Assembly (NCBI GenBank): GCA_039714075.1
Contig: JBDLKA010000001.1
Location: 64,001-128,000, forward strand
DNA from: Candidatus Krumholzibacteriota bacterium
GTDB taxonomy: Bacteria; Krumholzibacteriota; Krumholzibacteriia; LZORAL124-64-63
Direction: 5' to 3'
DNA length: 64,000 nt
Of this stretch, positions 1 through 10,349 are shown piece by piece; within the stretch, counting starts at the first letter, position 1, and every line of letters begins with the position of its first letter. The position numbers and the translations under genes were made by a program. A model generated the notes under the pieces. It was not told where the DNA came from. It did not search any database and worked only from the letters and a program-made list of their open reading frames with translations.

Positions 1-366
1 CTCCGCGGGCGGCCCGATGTCCTGGTCGCCGGACAGATCACCGGCGTGGAGGGGTACGTGGAATCCATGACCTCCGGTCTGTTCACGGCCTGGCAGCTGG
101 CGGCCCGCCTGAAAGGGATCACGCTTCCGGGTCTTCCCCTTGAATCGTTGACCGGGTCGCTTTTGCGGGGATTCCTGTTCGACACGACCACCGACAGGCT
201 GTCGCCCATGAACGTGAACTTCGGGATCATGCCCGATCTTCAGGCCAAGGTCCGCGGCAAACGGGAACGCAAGCTGGCCAAGGCCGAACGTGCGGTCAGC
301 GCCCTGGCCACGTGGCTGACCGAGCCGGATGTCGCCCGACTTCTTGCCGCACCAGGGGATGAGTGA
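1..366 (+). CDS. trmFO: FADH2-dependent tRNA m5U54 methyltransferase TrmFO, C-terminal part (5' end outside window)
   Basis: Frame 1 reads AGQITGVEGYVES...PMNVNFGIMP, typical of TrmFO/Gid; lies upstream of xerC-hslVU. Confidence 0.9.
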   Translation, partial: LRGRPDVLVAGQITGVEGYVESMTSGLFTAWQLAARLKGITLPGLPLESLTGSLLRGFLFDTTTDRLSPMNVNFGIMPDLQAKVRGKRERKLAKAERAVSALATWLTEPDVARLLAAPGDE

Positions 367-419
367 TACATTCCCTTTTAACGGAAGCCGGCACCCGCAA
401 CACGGATGTGGAGACGGTC

Positions 420-1391
420 ATGGCCGACAATCCCCTCGATCCCTATCTCGAATATCTGGCTCTCGAAAGGGGTATGAGCCCCCGGACCGTGGAGGCCTAC
501 GGTCGCGATGTGGCGGGTTTTCTGACCACCGCAGTCGCTTTCGGTATTCTCGATTCCCCGCCCGACCGTTCCCAGTGGAGCAAGCTGGACGGACAGCGGG
601 GTGTCATACGTGGTCATCTGGCGTTATTGCGCCGGCAGGAGCGCAGCCTGCGCACTTTGGACCGCCATCTGGCCGGCATACGGTCTTTTTACGGGTACCT
701 TCAGACCACGGGAATTGTTGCTTCGGTTCCCGCCAACCTGACCGCGGGCAAAGGGGGAAGGGAAAAGCGCTTGCCGCGGGACCTCAACCTGGAAATGACG
801 ACGCGGCTCATGGAACTGCCCGACGCGAACCACGAAAGGGGCCGGCGGGACCGGGCCCTGCTGGAAATGATCTACGGCCTGGGCCTGCGCCTGGCCGAAG
901 TCGTGGGACTTGACCTGGGGGACATCGATTTCGACACCGGCCGGGTCAAGGTCCTGGGCAAGGGGAACCGGGAACGAATGATGCCCCTGGCCGGCTGTGC
1001 GGAACGGGCTTTGAGAGATTACCTTGAGCAAAGACTCGAACCGGCTGTATGGCAGGACCTTGCTGACGGCATTCTTCGCGGCCCGGACCGCGTTCGACCG
1101 GTGTTCGAGGGCCGCCGGGGGAGACGGATCGCCCGCCGCACCGTGCAGAGCCGGGTCGCAAAATACGCCACGGAACTGGCGGGACTGGCCGGTGTTTCCC
1201 CGCACACCCTGCGTCATTCCTTCGCCACGCATCTTTTGGACGGAGGCGCGGGCATCAGGGTGGTCCAGGAACTGTTGGGGCACCGCCATCTGTCGACCAC
1301 GCAGATATACACCCATTTGAGCCGGGGCAAGTTGCGTGACGGATTCACCGCGGCCCATCCCCGGGCCAAACGCGAATCCGGCGGCAAATAG
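420..1391 (+). CDS. xerC: Tyrosine recombinase XerC
   Basis: Catalytic motifs [33 protein letters not shown]; trmFO-xerC-hslV context; ATG 420 follows GGAG (ORF track starts at 363). Confidence 0.85.
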   Translation: MADNPLDPYLEYLALERGMSPRTVEAYGRDVAGFLTTAVAFGILDSPPDRSQWSKLDGQRGVIRGHLALLRRQERSLRTLDRHLAGIRSFYGYLQTTGIVASVPANLTAGKGGREKRLPRDLNLEMTTRLMELPDANHERGRRDRALLEMIYGLGLRLAEVVGLDLGDIDFDTGRVKVLGKGNRERMMPLAGCAERALRDYLEQRLEPAVWQDLADGILRGPDRVRPVFEGRRGRRIARRTVQSRVAKYATELAGLAGVSPHTLRHSFATHLLDGGAGIRVVQELLGHRHLSTTQIYTHLSRGKLRDGFTAAHPRAKRESGGK

Positions 1392-1444
1392 AAACAGGAC
1401 GAGCAGGAAACACAAACAGGGCCGCAGGGCCCGGGGAGTCATTC

Positions 1445-2014
1445 ATGAAGGTCAGATCAACCACGGTTCTGGCGGTTCTGCGCGACGGGCAGGGGGCCAT
1501 CGGCAGCGACGGGCAGGTCACGCTGGGCAACACGGCGGTCAAGCACGGCGCGGTCAAGGTCCGCAAACTTTTCTCCGGCCAGGTGCTGGTCGGTTTCGCC
1601 GGCGGCGCGGCCGACGCCTTCAGTCTTTTTGAAAAGTTCGAAGGCCACCTGGAGAGGTACCGCGGCCACCTGAAACGCGCCACGGTGGAACTGGCCCGCG
1701 AGTGGCGGCGGGACAAGATCCTGCGCAAGCTCGAGGCCATGATGGTCGTGATGGACAAGAAGGATATTTTCGTGGTGTCCGGCAACGGCGACATCATCGA
1801 AAGCGACGACAACCTGACGGCGATCGGTTCTGGGGGACCCTACGCCCTGGCGGCGGGTCGGGCCCTGCTGCAGAACACGGATCTGGGCGCGGTGGACATC
1901 TGCCGCAAATCCCTGCAGCTGGCCGGGGAAATCTGCATCTACACGAACACCAACATCACCCTGCTGGAACTGGACCCTGGAGAAGGTGACGAAATTGAAG
2001 ATCAAACAGATTGA
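1445..2014 (+). CDS. hslV: ATP-dependent protease peptidase subunit HslV
   Basis: N-terminal STTVLAV (Thr nucleophile), [26 protein letters not shown]. Confidence 0.95.
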   Translation: MKVRSTTVLAVLRDGQGAIGSDGQVTLGNTAVKHGAVKVRKLFSGQVLVGFAGGAADAFSLFEKFEGHLERYRGHLKRATVELAREWRRDKILRKLEAMMVVMDKKDIFVVSGNGDIIESDDNLTAIGSGGPYALAAGRALLQNTDLGAVDICRKSLQLAGEICIYTNTNITLLELDPGEGDEIEDQTD

Positions 2015-3353
2015 ACATGCGGCCATGTGGACCTGCCCGGAAATCGTGGAGATGCTGGACCGCTACATCATCGGACAGAACGACGCCAAGAAGGCCGTGT
2101 CCATCGCCCTGCGCAACCGCTGGCGAAGGATGCAGCTTCCCGAGGAGATGCGGCGCGAAGTCGTGCCCAACAACATCATCCTCATCGGGCCGACCGGAGT
2201 GGGAAAGACCGAGATCGCGCGGCGTCTCACCCAGATCGCCGACCTGCCCTTCCTGAAGGTCGAAGCCACCAAATTCACCGAAAAGGGCTATGTGGGGCGC
2301 GACGTGGATTCCATGGTGCGCGACCTGGTGGAAAACGCCATCGCCCTGGTCCGCAAGCGCGCCGAGGGACGTTTTTCCGGGGAGATCGACCGCTCGGTTG
2401 AGGAGGGTCTGCTTGATATCCTTTTTCCGCCCCTGGCCGGCATGGAACAGGAACCGGACCGGGCCGCGCGCTGGGAGCGAAGCCGCGACAAGATCCGCAA
2501 ACAGCTGCATGACGGGGCGCTGGACGACAAGGAAGTGTCCATCACCAGCGAGCAGTCGAAAATGCCCATCGCCAACATCTTCACTTCGGCCGGCGAGGAG
2601 TTCGACGCCTCCTTCGGGGAAAGTCTCAAGAACCTTTTCCCCAAGCAGAAGACGGAAAAGAAAGTGTCCGTGGCGAAGGCCCGCCGCCTGCTGCACGAGC
2701 AGGAGGCCGAGAAGCGGCTGGACATGGACCAGATCGTCACCGAAGCGGTGGAACTGGTGGAAAACGGCGGCATCATCTTCCTGGACGAGATCGACAAGAT
2801 CGCCGGGGGCCACGGCCACGCCGGCGGGCCGGATGTTTCACGCGAGGGCGTACAGCGCGACCTGTTGCCCATTGTCGAAGGGGGGACCGTCAGCACCAAG
2901 TACGGACCCGTCAAGACCGACCATGTGCTGTTCCTGGCCGCGGGCGCCTTCCATATGAGCAAGCCCAGCGATCTCATACCCGAGTTGCAGGGGCGTTTCC
3001 CCATCCGCGTCGAACTGGACAGCCTGACCGAAGAGGATTTCGTCAAGATCCTGCGGGACACCGAAGGCTCCCTGATCCGGCAGTACACCGCCCTGCTGGA
3101 TGTGGACAGCTGTACCATCGAATTCACCGGCGATTCCCTGGAGGAAATCGCCCGGCTGGCCGCCGAACTGAACAAACGGCTGGAAAACATCGGCGCCCGG
3201 CGCCTGCAGACCATCATGGCCCAGCTCCTGGATGATCTGCTGTTCGAGGTCCCCGCCAAACAGATGGGCCCCGTCAAGGTGGACCGGGCCTTTGTCAGCG
3301 AGCGCTTGGCCGACATCATCAAGGACGAGGACCTTTCGCGCTACATTCTCTAA
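1986..3353 (+). CDS. hslU: ATP-dependent protease ATPase subunit HslU
   Basis: [37 protein letters not shown]-terminal DEDLSRYIL. Confidence 0.95.
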   Translation: MTKLKIKQIEHAAMWTCPEIVEMLDRYIIGQNDAKKAVSIALRNRWRRMQLPEEMRREVVPNNIILIGPTGVGKTEIARRLTQIADLPFLKVEATKFTEKGYVGRDVDSMVRDLVENAIALVRKRAEGRFSGEIDRSVEEGLLDILFPPLAGMEQEPDRAARWERSRDKIRKQLHDGALDDKEVSITSEQSKMPIANIFTSAGEEFDASFGESLKNLFPKQKTEKKVSVAKARRLLHEQEAEKRLDMDQIVTEAVELVENGGIIFLDEIDKIAGGHGHAGGPDVSREGVQRDLLPIVEGGTVSTKYGPVKTDHVLFLAAGAFHMSKPSDLIPELQGRFPIRVELDSLTEEDFVKILRDTEGSLIRQYTALLDVDSCTIEFTGDSLEEIARLAAELNKRLENIGARRLQTIMAQLLDDLLFEVPAKQMGPVKVDRAFVSERLADIIKDEDLSRYIL

Positions 3354-3436
3354 ATGGTGGACTCACGGGGCGGATCGGCTATTTTTAGCGGGCGCAAAGA
3401 CCCCGTGACCTTAACCAACCGCTGGAGGTTAGAGCC

Positions 3437-4351
3437 TTGGCCGACAAGAAGGATTTTCTCGCCATCGACGATTACAGCACCGAAGACCTCAGGGCCATCC
3501 TGACCCTGGCGCGCGAGCAGAAACCCCTGGCGCGCGAGCATCGCCTGCCGCACACCCACCCCAACCGGATCCTGGCCTGCGTGTTCGCCAAGCCCAGCCT
3601 GCGGACCCGGGTCAGCTTCGAGGTGGGTTTCCGGCAGCTCGGCGGGGAAACCCTGTTCATCACCGACAAGGAAATCGGGATGGGCACCCGCGAATCCGTT
3701 TACGACGTGGCCAAGGTCATGAGCCGTTTCTGCGACGGCATCATGATCCGCTGGTTCGATCACCAGGAAGTGGTGGACCTCGCCAAACACGCCACCGTGC
3801 CGGTGGTCAACGGGCTGACCGACCTGTCCCATCCCTGCCAGGTCATGGCCGACATCATGACGGTCGAAGAGCACCTCGGCAGCATCGACGGCAAGACCGT
3901 CGTCATGGTCGGCGACGGGAACAACCTGGCCAACAGCTGGCTCAACGCGGCCATCAGGTTCCCCTTCAACTTCATCCTGGCCTGTCCCGAGGGTTACCTG
4001 CCGGACGAAGGCGTCATGCAGAAAGCCGAAGCCGCCGGCGCGTCCTTCATGATCACCCACGACGCCCGCGAGGCCGTCGAGGGAGCCCATGTCATCTACA
4101 GCGACGCCTTCTACAGCATGGGCCAGGAAGAGGAGGCCGTGAAGCGTCGCAAGGATTTCGCGCCCTTCCAGATCACCGGCCCACTGCTGGAAGCCGCCCA
4201 CAAGGAACACATCGTCCTGCATTGCCTGCCCGCGCACCGCGGGGAGGAGATCACCGACGAGGTCATGGACGGGCCCCATTCCGCTGTCTTCGATGAAGCA
4301 GAGAACAGGATGCACGCACAGCGCGCCATCCTGGCCACCCTCGTTCGGTAG
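3437..4351 (+). CDS. argF: Ornithine carbamoyltransferase
   Basis: FAKPSLRTRVSF, HPCQ, GDGNN, SMG, HCLP, AENR; TTG start after GGAGG. Confidence 0.9.
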   Translation: MADKKDFLAIDDYSTEDLRAILTLAREQKPLAREHRLPHTHPNRILACVFAKPSLRTRVSFEVGFRQLGGETLFITDKEIGMGTRESVYDVAKVMSRFCDGIMIRWFDHQEVVDLAKHATVPVVNGLTDLSHPCQVMADIMTVEEHLGSIDGKTVVMVGDGNNLANSWLNAAIRFPFNFILACPEGYLPDEGVMQKAEAAGASFMITHDAREAVEGAHVIYSDAFYSMGQEEEAVKRRKDFAPFQITGPLLEAAHKEHIVLHCLPAHRGEEITDEVMDGPHSAVFDEAENRMHAQRAILATLVR

Positions 4352-4389
4352 GAGATTTCATCAGGGATCGATCCGGCATTTCATCCAGG

Positions 4390-5649
4390 TTGTTCGGGCC
4401 CCGGCAGGTTGTCGGGCTGGCCTTGTTCGCCAGCCTGGTGCTCGCCGCGGCCTGCGCCGTCGTGGAGCCGCCGCCCGGAGGTCCCATCGACATGACCCCG
4501 CCCCATCTGGCGGCCATGGATCCCGATTCGGGCGCCACCGGCCTGGCCGAATTGAAGACCATCCGCCTGACCTTTTCCGAAAAGATGGACCGGACTTCCG
4601 CCGTCACCTGGCTGCACTTCTTCCCCGACCAGCGCATCCGGCAGACCAAATGGCACGGCGCCACCGAAGCGGAAGTGATCCTGGAAGACCCCCTGCCGCC
4701 GGACACCGTTTTCGTGGTGGAAGTTGCCGCCGACATGAGGGACGCCCACAAGGTCAAGGGGAGGAAAAGCAGGCGGTTCCCCATCGCCACCGGGGATTCG
4801 ATACCCGGCGGCGCCATTCACGGCGTGCTCATCATGGCCGACTCGGCCGTCACCAACGGCGTGGTGGAGCTCTACGACATTCCCCCGGACACCCTGGAGT
4901 ATTTCCAGCAGCCGCTGTTGCGCCGCACCGCCACAGATGAAAACGGGACCTACCGCTTCGATTGGCTACCCGTTCCCGGCGGTCCCTGGCTGGTCCGGGC
5001 CTTCGCCGATCCGGACATCAATCTTCGCCCCGGCGACAAGGAGGCCCAGAGGCTGCTTCCCGACACTCTGCGGCTGAGCAACGACAACCCCCTGGCTTCT
5101 CCGGGCGTGACCACCCTGTATGCCTGGAACACCCCCGGCCGCCTGCTGGTCGGACCTTTCGACACGCCTCTTCACGGGGATGATATTTTTGCCTGGACCC
5201 TGTCCATTTCCGAAGAGGACACCGGCTGGGTGCCCGCTCCCGAAGACGGTTCGAGCAATCCCATCTTCCCGCTGGATCCGGCCGCCGGTGGGGTCATCGG
5301 CGAGGTCAAACCCGGTCTGTCCCGGGCCATCCTGTTCGTGGACATGGATGGCGACTCCACCTTCAGCGGTATCCCGGACTCCCTGCTGGCTTTCCTGCCC
5401 GATTCCCTGCGAGTCGTCCCCGTCGACACGGTCGCGGCTGCGGAACCGGACACAACCGGGATGGGAACCTGGTATCTGGAACCCTGGCTCATGGTCGAAG
5501 GGCTCACCGTGGAACCCGGCCTGGACAGCGAGCTGGAGGTTCCGGTTCTTCCCTATTACCTCACACCCTGGACTCCGCCGGAGCCCGAACCCGCTGCCGC
5601 CGACAGTGTGGAAGCCGACGTTACCGGCACGCCGAAGGAGGGGGAATGA
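4390..5649 (+). CDS. Putative lipoprotein with bacterial Ig-like (Big_5-type) domain
   Basis: Lipobox LAAAC followed by PPPGGPIDMTPP and LTFSEKMD, typical of this family; acidic C-terminus. Confidence 0.65.
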   Translation: MFGPRQVVGLALFASLVLAAACAVVEPPPGGPIDMTPPHLAAMDPDSGATGLAELKTIRLTFSEKMDRTSAVTWLHFFPDQRIRQTKWHGATEAEVILEDPLPPDTVFVVEVAADMRDAHKVKGRKSRRFPIATGDSIPGGAIHGVLIMADSAVTNGVVELYDIPPDTLEYFQQPLLRRTATDENGTYRFDWLPVPGGPWLVRAFADPDINLRPGDKEAQRLLPDTLRLSNDNPLASPGVTTLYAWNTPGRLLVGPFDTPLHGDDIFAWTLSISEEDTGWVPAPEDGSSNPIFPLDPAAGGVIGEVKPGLSRAILFVDMDGDSTFSGIPDSLLAFLPDSLRVVPVDTVAAAEPDTTGMGTWYLEPWLMVEGLTVEPGLDSELEVPVLPYYLTPWTPPEPEPAAADSVEADVTGTPKEGE

Positions 5650-6464
5650 TTCACCGGATCCCTTTCAGCAAAATGCACGGCGCGGGCAACGATTTCATCA
5701 TGATCGACCAGCGTGACCTCGGCGCCGTTCCCTTGGGTGATGAATTTATCGCCTCGTTGTGCGACAGGCGCAAAGGCGTGGGCGCTGACGGGCTGATCAT
5801 CATCGGACCTGGATCCACCCCGGGTGCGGCCTTCCGCATGACCTACTTCAACGCCGACGGCGGCGAAGCGGAAATGTGCGGCAACGGGGCGCGCTGCAGT
5901 GTAAGTTTCGCCCGGCAGATCGGTCTGATCGAGGATAATGCCGCTTTCGACACCGCCGCCGGTCTCCTGCAGGGCATCTGGCACGGGCACGAGGACGTCG
6001 AAGTCACTCTGACCTCCTGGCAGGACCTGAAGTTGGACCTGGAACTCGGGGAGACTCCCTGGCCCGCCCATCATTCCTGCAACACGGGCGTTCCCCACGT
6101 CATCATTCCCGTTGATGATGTCGAGGACATCCCGGTCCAGGAGTGGGGCGCGCAGCTTCGCCACCACGAGTTGTTTGCACCCCGGGGCACCAATGTGAAC
6201 TGGGTGGCCGCGGCGGCGGGTACGGACCATTTCCTGATCCGCACCTACGAACGCGGCGTGGAGGCCGAAACCCTGGCCTGCGGGACTGGCGCCTCGGCCA
6301 CGGCGGTGGTACTGTGCCGACTGGGCCTGGCCCACAGCCCGGTCACCTTGTGGACCCGGGGTGGGGACCGGCTGATCGTCAGTGTTGACCTGGAGAATAA
6401 TTCGCTGCGCCTGCGCGGGCCGGCGGTGACCAGTTTTCAGGGAGAGGTCTTGATCGATGAGTAA
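5646..6464 (+). CDS. dapF: Diaminopimelate epimerase
   Basis: KMHGAGNDF, GADG, EMCGNGARC, TYERGVEAETLACGTG. Confidence 0.95.
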   Translation: MIHRIPFSKMHGAGNDFIMIDQRDLGAVPLGDEFIASLCDRRKGVGADGLIIIGPGSTPGAAFRMTYFNADGGEAEMCGNGARCSVSFARQIGLIEDNAAFDTAAGLLQGIWHGHEDVEVTLTSWQDLKLDLELGETPWPAHHSCNTGVPHVIIPVDDVEDIPVQEWGAQLRHHELFAPRGTNVNWVAAAAGTDHFLIRTYERGVEAETLACGTGASATAVVLCRLGLAHSPVTLWTRGGDRLIVSVDLENNSLRLRGPAVTSFQGEVLIDE

Positions 6465-7374
6465 CAAAACCTGGAACATGCCGGACGGCGTCTACACGGC
6501 CCTGGTTTCGCCTTTCACCAAAGGCAGGTTCGACCAGAAGGCCTGGCGGGTCCTCGTCCAGCGGCAGATCGATGCGGGCGTGGCCGGAATCGTTCCCGCG
6601 GGATGCACCGGCGAAGCCGCGACGTTGACCCTCGAGGAACGGGAGTGGATGATCCGCACCGCGGTCGAAATGTGCGCGGGCAAATGCGCCGTCGTGGCGG
6701 GATCCGGTTCCAACTCCACCGAACTGACCGTCGAAATGACGCGCAAGGTCAAGGAGTGGGGGGCCGACGCGGCCATGCTTATCTCCCCCTACTACAACAA
6801 GCCCCAGCAGCACGGCCTGCTGGCCCACTATCGCACCGTGGCCAGGGGTGTCGACATTCCCATCGTTCTGTACAACGTTCCCGGACGCACGGCGGTCAAC
6901 ATCCTGCCCGAAACGGCGGCCCAGCTGGGCGCCGAACCCAACATCGTCGCCCTCAAGGAAGCCAGCGGCAGCCTGCCGCAGATCGAAGAGGCCATCGGTC
7001 GCTGCGACCTGAAGGTCTATTCCGGTGACGACGGCCTGAATTTCCAGATTTTCGGACTGGGCGGCCGGGGCGCCATCAGCGTGGTCAGCAACCTTCTGCC
7101 CGGAGCCATGGTCCGCCTGTGGCAAGCCTGGGCCAAGGGCGACATCAACCAGGCCTGGCCCATGAGCCGCGCTTTCGATCCGGTCACCACCGCCTGCTTT
7201 GTCGAAAGCAATCCGGTGCCCGTCAAGGAGCTCCTGTCCATGGCCGACCTGTGTCAGCGCGACACCCGCTTGCCGCTGGTTCCCGTCAGTGAAAAGAGCC
7301 TGACCTACCTGGTCCAGTTCTTCGAGGGGACCCTGAAGGATCTGATGGACCGCGACCTGGCGGGTGAGGCGTGA
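6457..7374 (+). CDS. dapA: 4-hydroxy-tetrahydrodipicolinate synthase
   Basis: GCTGEA, PYYNKP, YNVPGRT, KEASG, SGDD, ESNPVPVK. Confidence 0.92.
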   Translation: MSNKTWNMPDGVYTALVSPFTKGRFDQKAWRVLVQRQIDAGVAGIVPAGCTGEAATLTLEEREWMIRTAVEMCAGKCAVVAGSGSNSTELTVEMTRKVKEWGADAAMLISPYYNKPQQHGLLAHYRTVARGVDIPIVLYNVPGRTAVNILPETAAQLGAEPNIVALKEASGSLPQIEEAIGRCDLKVYSGDDGLNFQIFGLGGRGAISVVSNLLPGAMVRLWQAWAKGDINQAWPMSRAFDPVTTACFVESNPVPVKELLSMADLCQRDTRLPLVPVSEKSLTYLVQFFEGTLKDLMDRDLAGEA

Positions 7375-8126
7375 TTCCCGTCGCCGTCCACGGCGCCGAG
7401 GGACGCATGGGGCTTCTGATCACCGAACTGGTATCACAGGCCGATGACATGGATCTTGTCGGTCTGGTCAGTGAACCCGGCAAGGGCAAGGGGCCGGGCG
7501 ATTTCCATCCGGAGCTGTCTTTGACCGGTCAGGACGGGATGGCGAACGTCCTTCCTTCCGGTTGCGTGATCATCGACTTTTCCCTGGCCAACGCATTGGA
7601 TGGCCTCCTTGACCAGGGTCGGAAACTCGGGGCGCCCCTCGTGGTCGGCACAACCGGTTTTTCGGAAGAGCAACAGGAAAAGCTCACGGCCTACGCCGGT
7701 GATTTCCCCGTGGTTCAGGCCGCCAATTTCAGCGTGGGGATTCCCGCCCTGCAGATGCTCCTTCAGCTTCTGGCCCGGACCCTGCCCCAGGGGTTCGACG
7801 CCGAGCAGGTCGAGACGCATCACATCACCAAACTGGACAAGCCCAGCGGCACGGCCAGGACCCTGGCCCAGACCTACCAGGGGTTACGGGGCGGGTCTGA
7901 AGTGCCGACGCATTCCCAGAGGCTGGGAGGCGTCATCGGCGAACACACCTGGACCTTCAGCGACCAGGAGGAGACCCTGGTGCTGACCCATCGGGCCCAT
8001 TCGCGACAGGCTTTCCTGCGCGGCATCCTGCCCGCGGCGCGCTTTGCCGCCAGTCCGGCGGCGGCACGTGAAAAAGGTCTGTTCGGGTTGGTGGATGTGC
8101 TGAAAAAAATGGCCGCTCCGGCTTGA
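7371..8126 (+). CDS. dapB: 4-hydroxy-tetrahydrodipicolinate reductase
   Basis: GAEGRMG, IDFS, VGTTG, NFSVG, ETHHxxKLDKPSGTA, H.AHSR. Confidence 0.92.
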   Translation: MIPVAVHGAEGRMGLLITELVSQADDMDLVGLVSEPGKGKGPGDFHPELSLTGQDGMANVLPSGCVIIDFSLANALDGLLDQGRKLGAPLVVGTTGFSEEQQEKLTAYAGDFPVVQAANFSVGIPALQMLLQLLARTLPQGFDAEQVETHHITKLDKPSGTARTLAQTYQGLRGGSEVPTHSQRLGGVIGEHTWTFSDQEETLVLTHRAHSRQAFLRGILPAARFAASPAAAREKGLFGLVDVLKKMAAPA

Positions 8127-8154
8127 ACCGGACCGGCCACGAGGCGGGATAACC

Positions 8155-8412
8155 CTACTTGGCGGCAGCCGCTGCCATCCGGCTCTTGAGCCTGGCGGCG
8201 CGTTTCTTGGGCATGAGCCCCTTGCGGGCCTGCGTATCGATCAGGCTGTACATGCTGGTCAGTGAGGCGGCCTTGTCCTCGGCGCCGGCCTTTTCGATCT
8301 CCGAGCGATAGGTCTTGATCCGGGCGCGCATCATGGCCCGGTTCTGCCGGTTCCGCTCGTTGCGTTTCTTGTTGGTGATCAGCCGCTTCTTGCAACTTTT
8401 ATTATGGGGCAC
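8155..8412 (-). CDS. rpsT: 30S ribosomal protein S20
   Basis: Basic protein (M)PHNKSCKKRL...KKRAARLKSR; GTG start after GGAGG. Confidence 0.92.
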   Translation of the reverse strand: MPHNKSCKKRLITNKKRNERNRQNRAMMRARIKTYRSEIEKAGAEDKAASLTSMYSLIDTQARKGLMPKKRAARLKSRMAAAAAK

Positions 8413-8446
8413 TTTCAAACCTCCGTTAAAGACTTACAGGCGGGGC

Positions 8447-8475
8447 AATTTAACAGGACAATACAGGCATGTCAA
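8447..8475 (-). promoter_or_regulatory. Sigma-70 promoter for rpsT
   Basis: TTGACA-17bp-TAAATT with extended TG on the minus strand. Confidence 0.7.
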
Positions 8476-10349
8476 GGGAACCGAAGTCCAAATCCACACC
8501 TGAAAAGCAGCCTCCGGCTCCCGAGGGACGGCTCAGGGCCAAGCTGAAACTGCTGCCCGAGGCCCCGGGAGTCTATCTCCACAAGAATAAACAGGGCCGG
8601 GTCATATACGTCGGCAAGGCCGGAAAGCTGAATCAGCGGGTCCGTTCGTATTTTCATGCCGGCGGGGACAAGGACGCCAAAACAGAGATCCTGGTCAGCA
8701 AAATCAAGGATTTCGACTATATCGTCACCGATACGGCCACCGACGCCCTGGTCCTGGAAAACCAGCTCATCAAGGAATACCGGCCCCTCTACAATGTCCG
8801 TCTGAAGGACGACAAGCAGTATCCCTACCTGCGGATCACCCTCAACGAACCCTATCCCCGGGTCGGTGTCGTTAGGCGTATTGCCCGGGACGGGGCCCGC
8901 TATTTCGGCCCTTTCACCGATGTGGGAGCCATGCGGGAGACCCTGAAATTCGCGGCCGGAGCGTTTCAGATCCGCACCTGCCACCTTGATCTGCCCGGGC
9001 AGACGGTCGAAAGGGCCTGCCTGGACTACCAGATCGGCCGGTGCAGCGCTCCCTGCGTGGACTATGACAGCCAGGACGACTACCGGGCCAAGGTCAGGCG
9101 GATGGTTCGCTTCCTGTCCGGGGCGGAAAAGGAGGTCATCGAGGAATTGAGGGCCGAAATGGAGGCTCATTCCACCGGCCTGCGCTTCGAGGCGGCGGCC
9201 CGGTTGCGGGATCTCATCGCCAAACTGGACCGCACCACCAGCCGCAGCCGTCCGGTGGCCGGCATCCGGGGCGATTGCGACCTGATCGGCCTGGCCCGGG
9301 AAGGGCAGGATGCTTCCGGGGTGATTTTCCGGGTGCGTGGGGGGCATATCCTGACCACCCATCATTTTCTCCTGGCCGACAAACTGGACCAGGGTCTGGA
9401 CGTCTTCATGGCCCAGCTTCTGCGCGAGTACTATCCACGGGCAGGTGACATCCCCAAGGACATCCTGCTTTCCCACGCGGTGGACCAGCCGGACGCCTGG
9501 GGGGAATGGCTGGCCGGACTCAGGGACGGTAAAGTGACCCTGCGGGTTCCGGTCCGGGGGGCCAAAAAGGAGGCCGTCGAGTTGGCCCGGACCAACGCGG
9601 CCTTCAAGCTCCGTGAGGTCAACCTGCGCCGGGCCCTGACCGCGACCCACCAGGTCACTCCGGGTGACATCCAACTCCAGGAAGCCCTGGACCTGCACTC
9701 GGTGCCCGAGACCATCGAATGCTTCGACATCTCCAATTTCCAGGGCAAGGAAACGGTGGCCTCCCTGGTCTACTTCAAGGGCGGCCGGCCCCTGAAAAGC
9801 CGCTACCGCAGGTTTCGCATCAAGACGGTCGAGGGCGTGGACGATTTCGCCAGCATGAAAGAGGTTCTGACCCGTTACTACGGCCGCCTGGTGGAAAAGG
9901 AATTGGATCCCGCCCACCTGGTCGTCGTTGACGGTGGGGCGGGACAGCTGGGCGTAGCCCGCGAGGTCCTGGCCCAATACGGGTTTCATGAAACCCAGCT
10001 GATCGGCCTTGCCAAGAGGGAGGAAACCATCCACCGCGAGGGCGGTACCCTGAATCTGTCGCGAGGCAGCGAAGCCCTCAAGCTGCTGCAGCGCGTCCGG
10101 GATGAAGCCCACCGTTTCGCCATCACCTATCACCGGTTGCTGCGCGACCGGAACACGACGGCCAGCGAACTGGATCTCATTCCCGGCATCGGGCGGATCA
10201 AGAAACTTTCCCTGCTGCACCATTTCGGTTCCGTGGCCCGAATCCGGAACGCCGGTGCCGAGGCTTTGGCCGAAGTGCGGGGTATCAACCGCCACGACGT
10301 GGTGGCCATCCGGGAATTTTTCGCCAAAAGATCGGAGCCGGAAACATGA
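8469..10349 (+). CDS. uvrC: Excinuclease ABC subunit C
   Basis: GIY-YIG (PGVY, YVGKA), YNVRLKDDKQYPY, FEAAARLRD, ECFDISN, VDGG, RDEAHRFAI, C-terminal HhH. Confidence 0.95.
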   Translation: MSREPKSKSTPEKQPPAPEGRLRAKLKLLPEAPGVYLHKNKQGRVIYVGKAGKLNQRVRSYFHAGGDKDAKTEILVSKIKDFDYIVTDTATDALVLENQLIKEYRPLYNVRLKDDKQYPYLRITLNEPYPRVGVVRRIARDGARYFGPFTDVGAMRETLKFAAGAFQIRTCHLDLPGQTVERACLDYQIGRCSAPCVDYDSQDDYRAKVRRMVRFLSGAEKEVIEELRAEMEAHSTGLRFEAAARLRDLIAKLDRTTSRSRPVAGIRGDCDLIGLAREGQDASGVIFRVRGGHILTTHHFLLADKLDQGLDVFMAQLLREYYPRAGDIPKDILLSHAVDQPDAWGEWLAGLRDGKVTLRVPVRGAKKEAVELARTNAAFKLREVNLRRALTATHQVTPGDIQLQEALDLHSVPETIECFDISNFQGKETVASLVYFKGGRPLKSRYRRFRIKTVEGVDDFASMKEVLTRYYGRLVEKELDPAHLVVVDGGAGQLGVAREVLAQYGFHETQLIGLAKREETIHREGGTLNLSRGSEALKLLQRVRDEAHRFAITYHRLLRDRNTTASELDLIPGIGRIKKLSLLHHFGSVARIRNAGAEALAEVRGINRHDVVAIREFFAKRSEPET

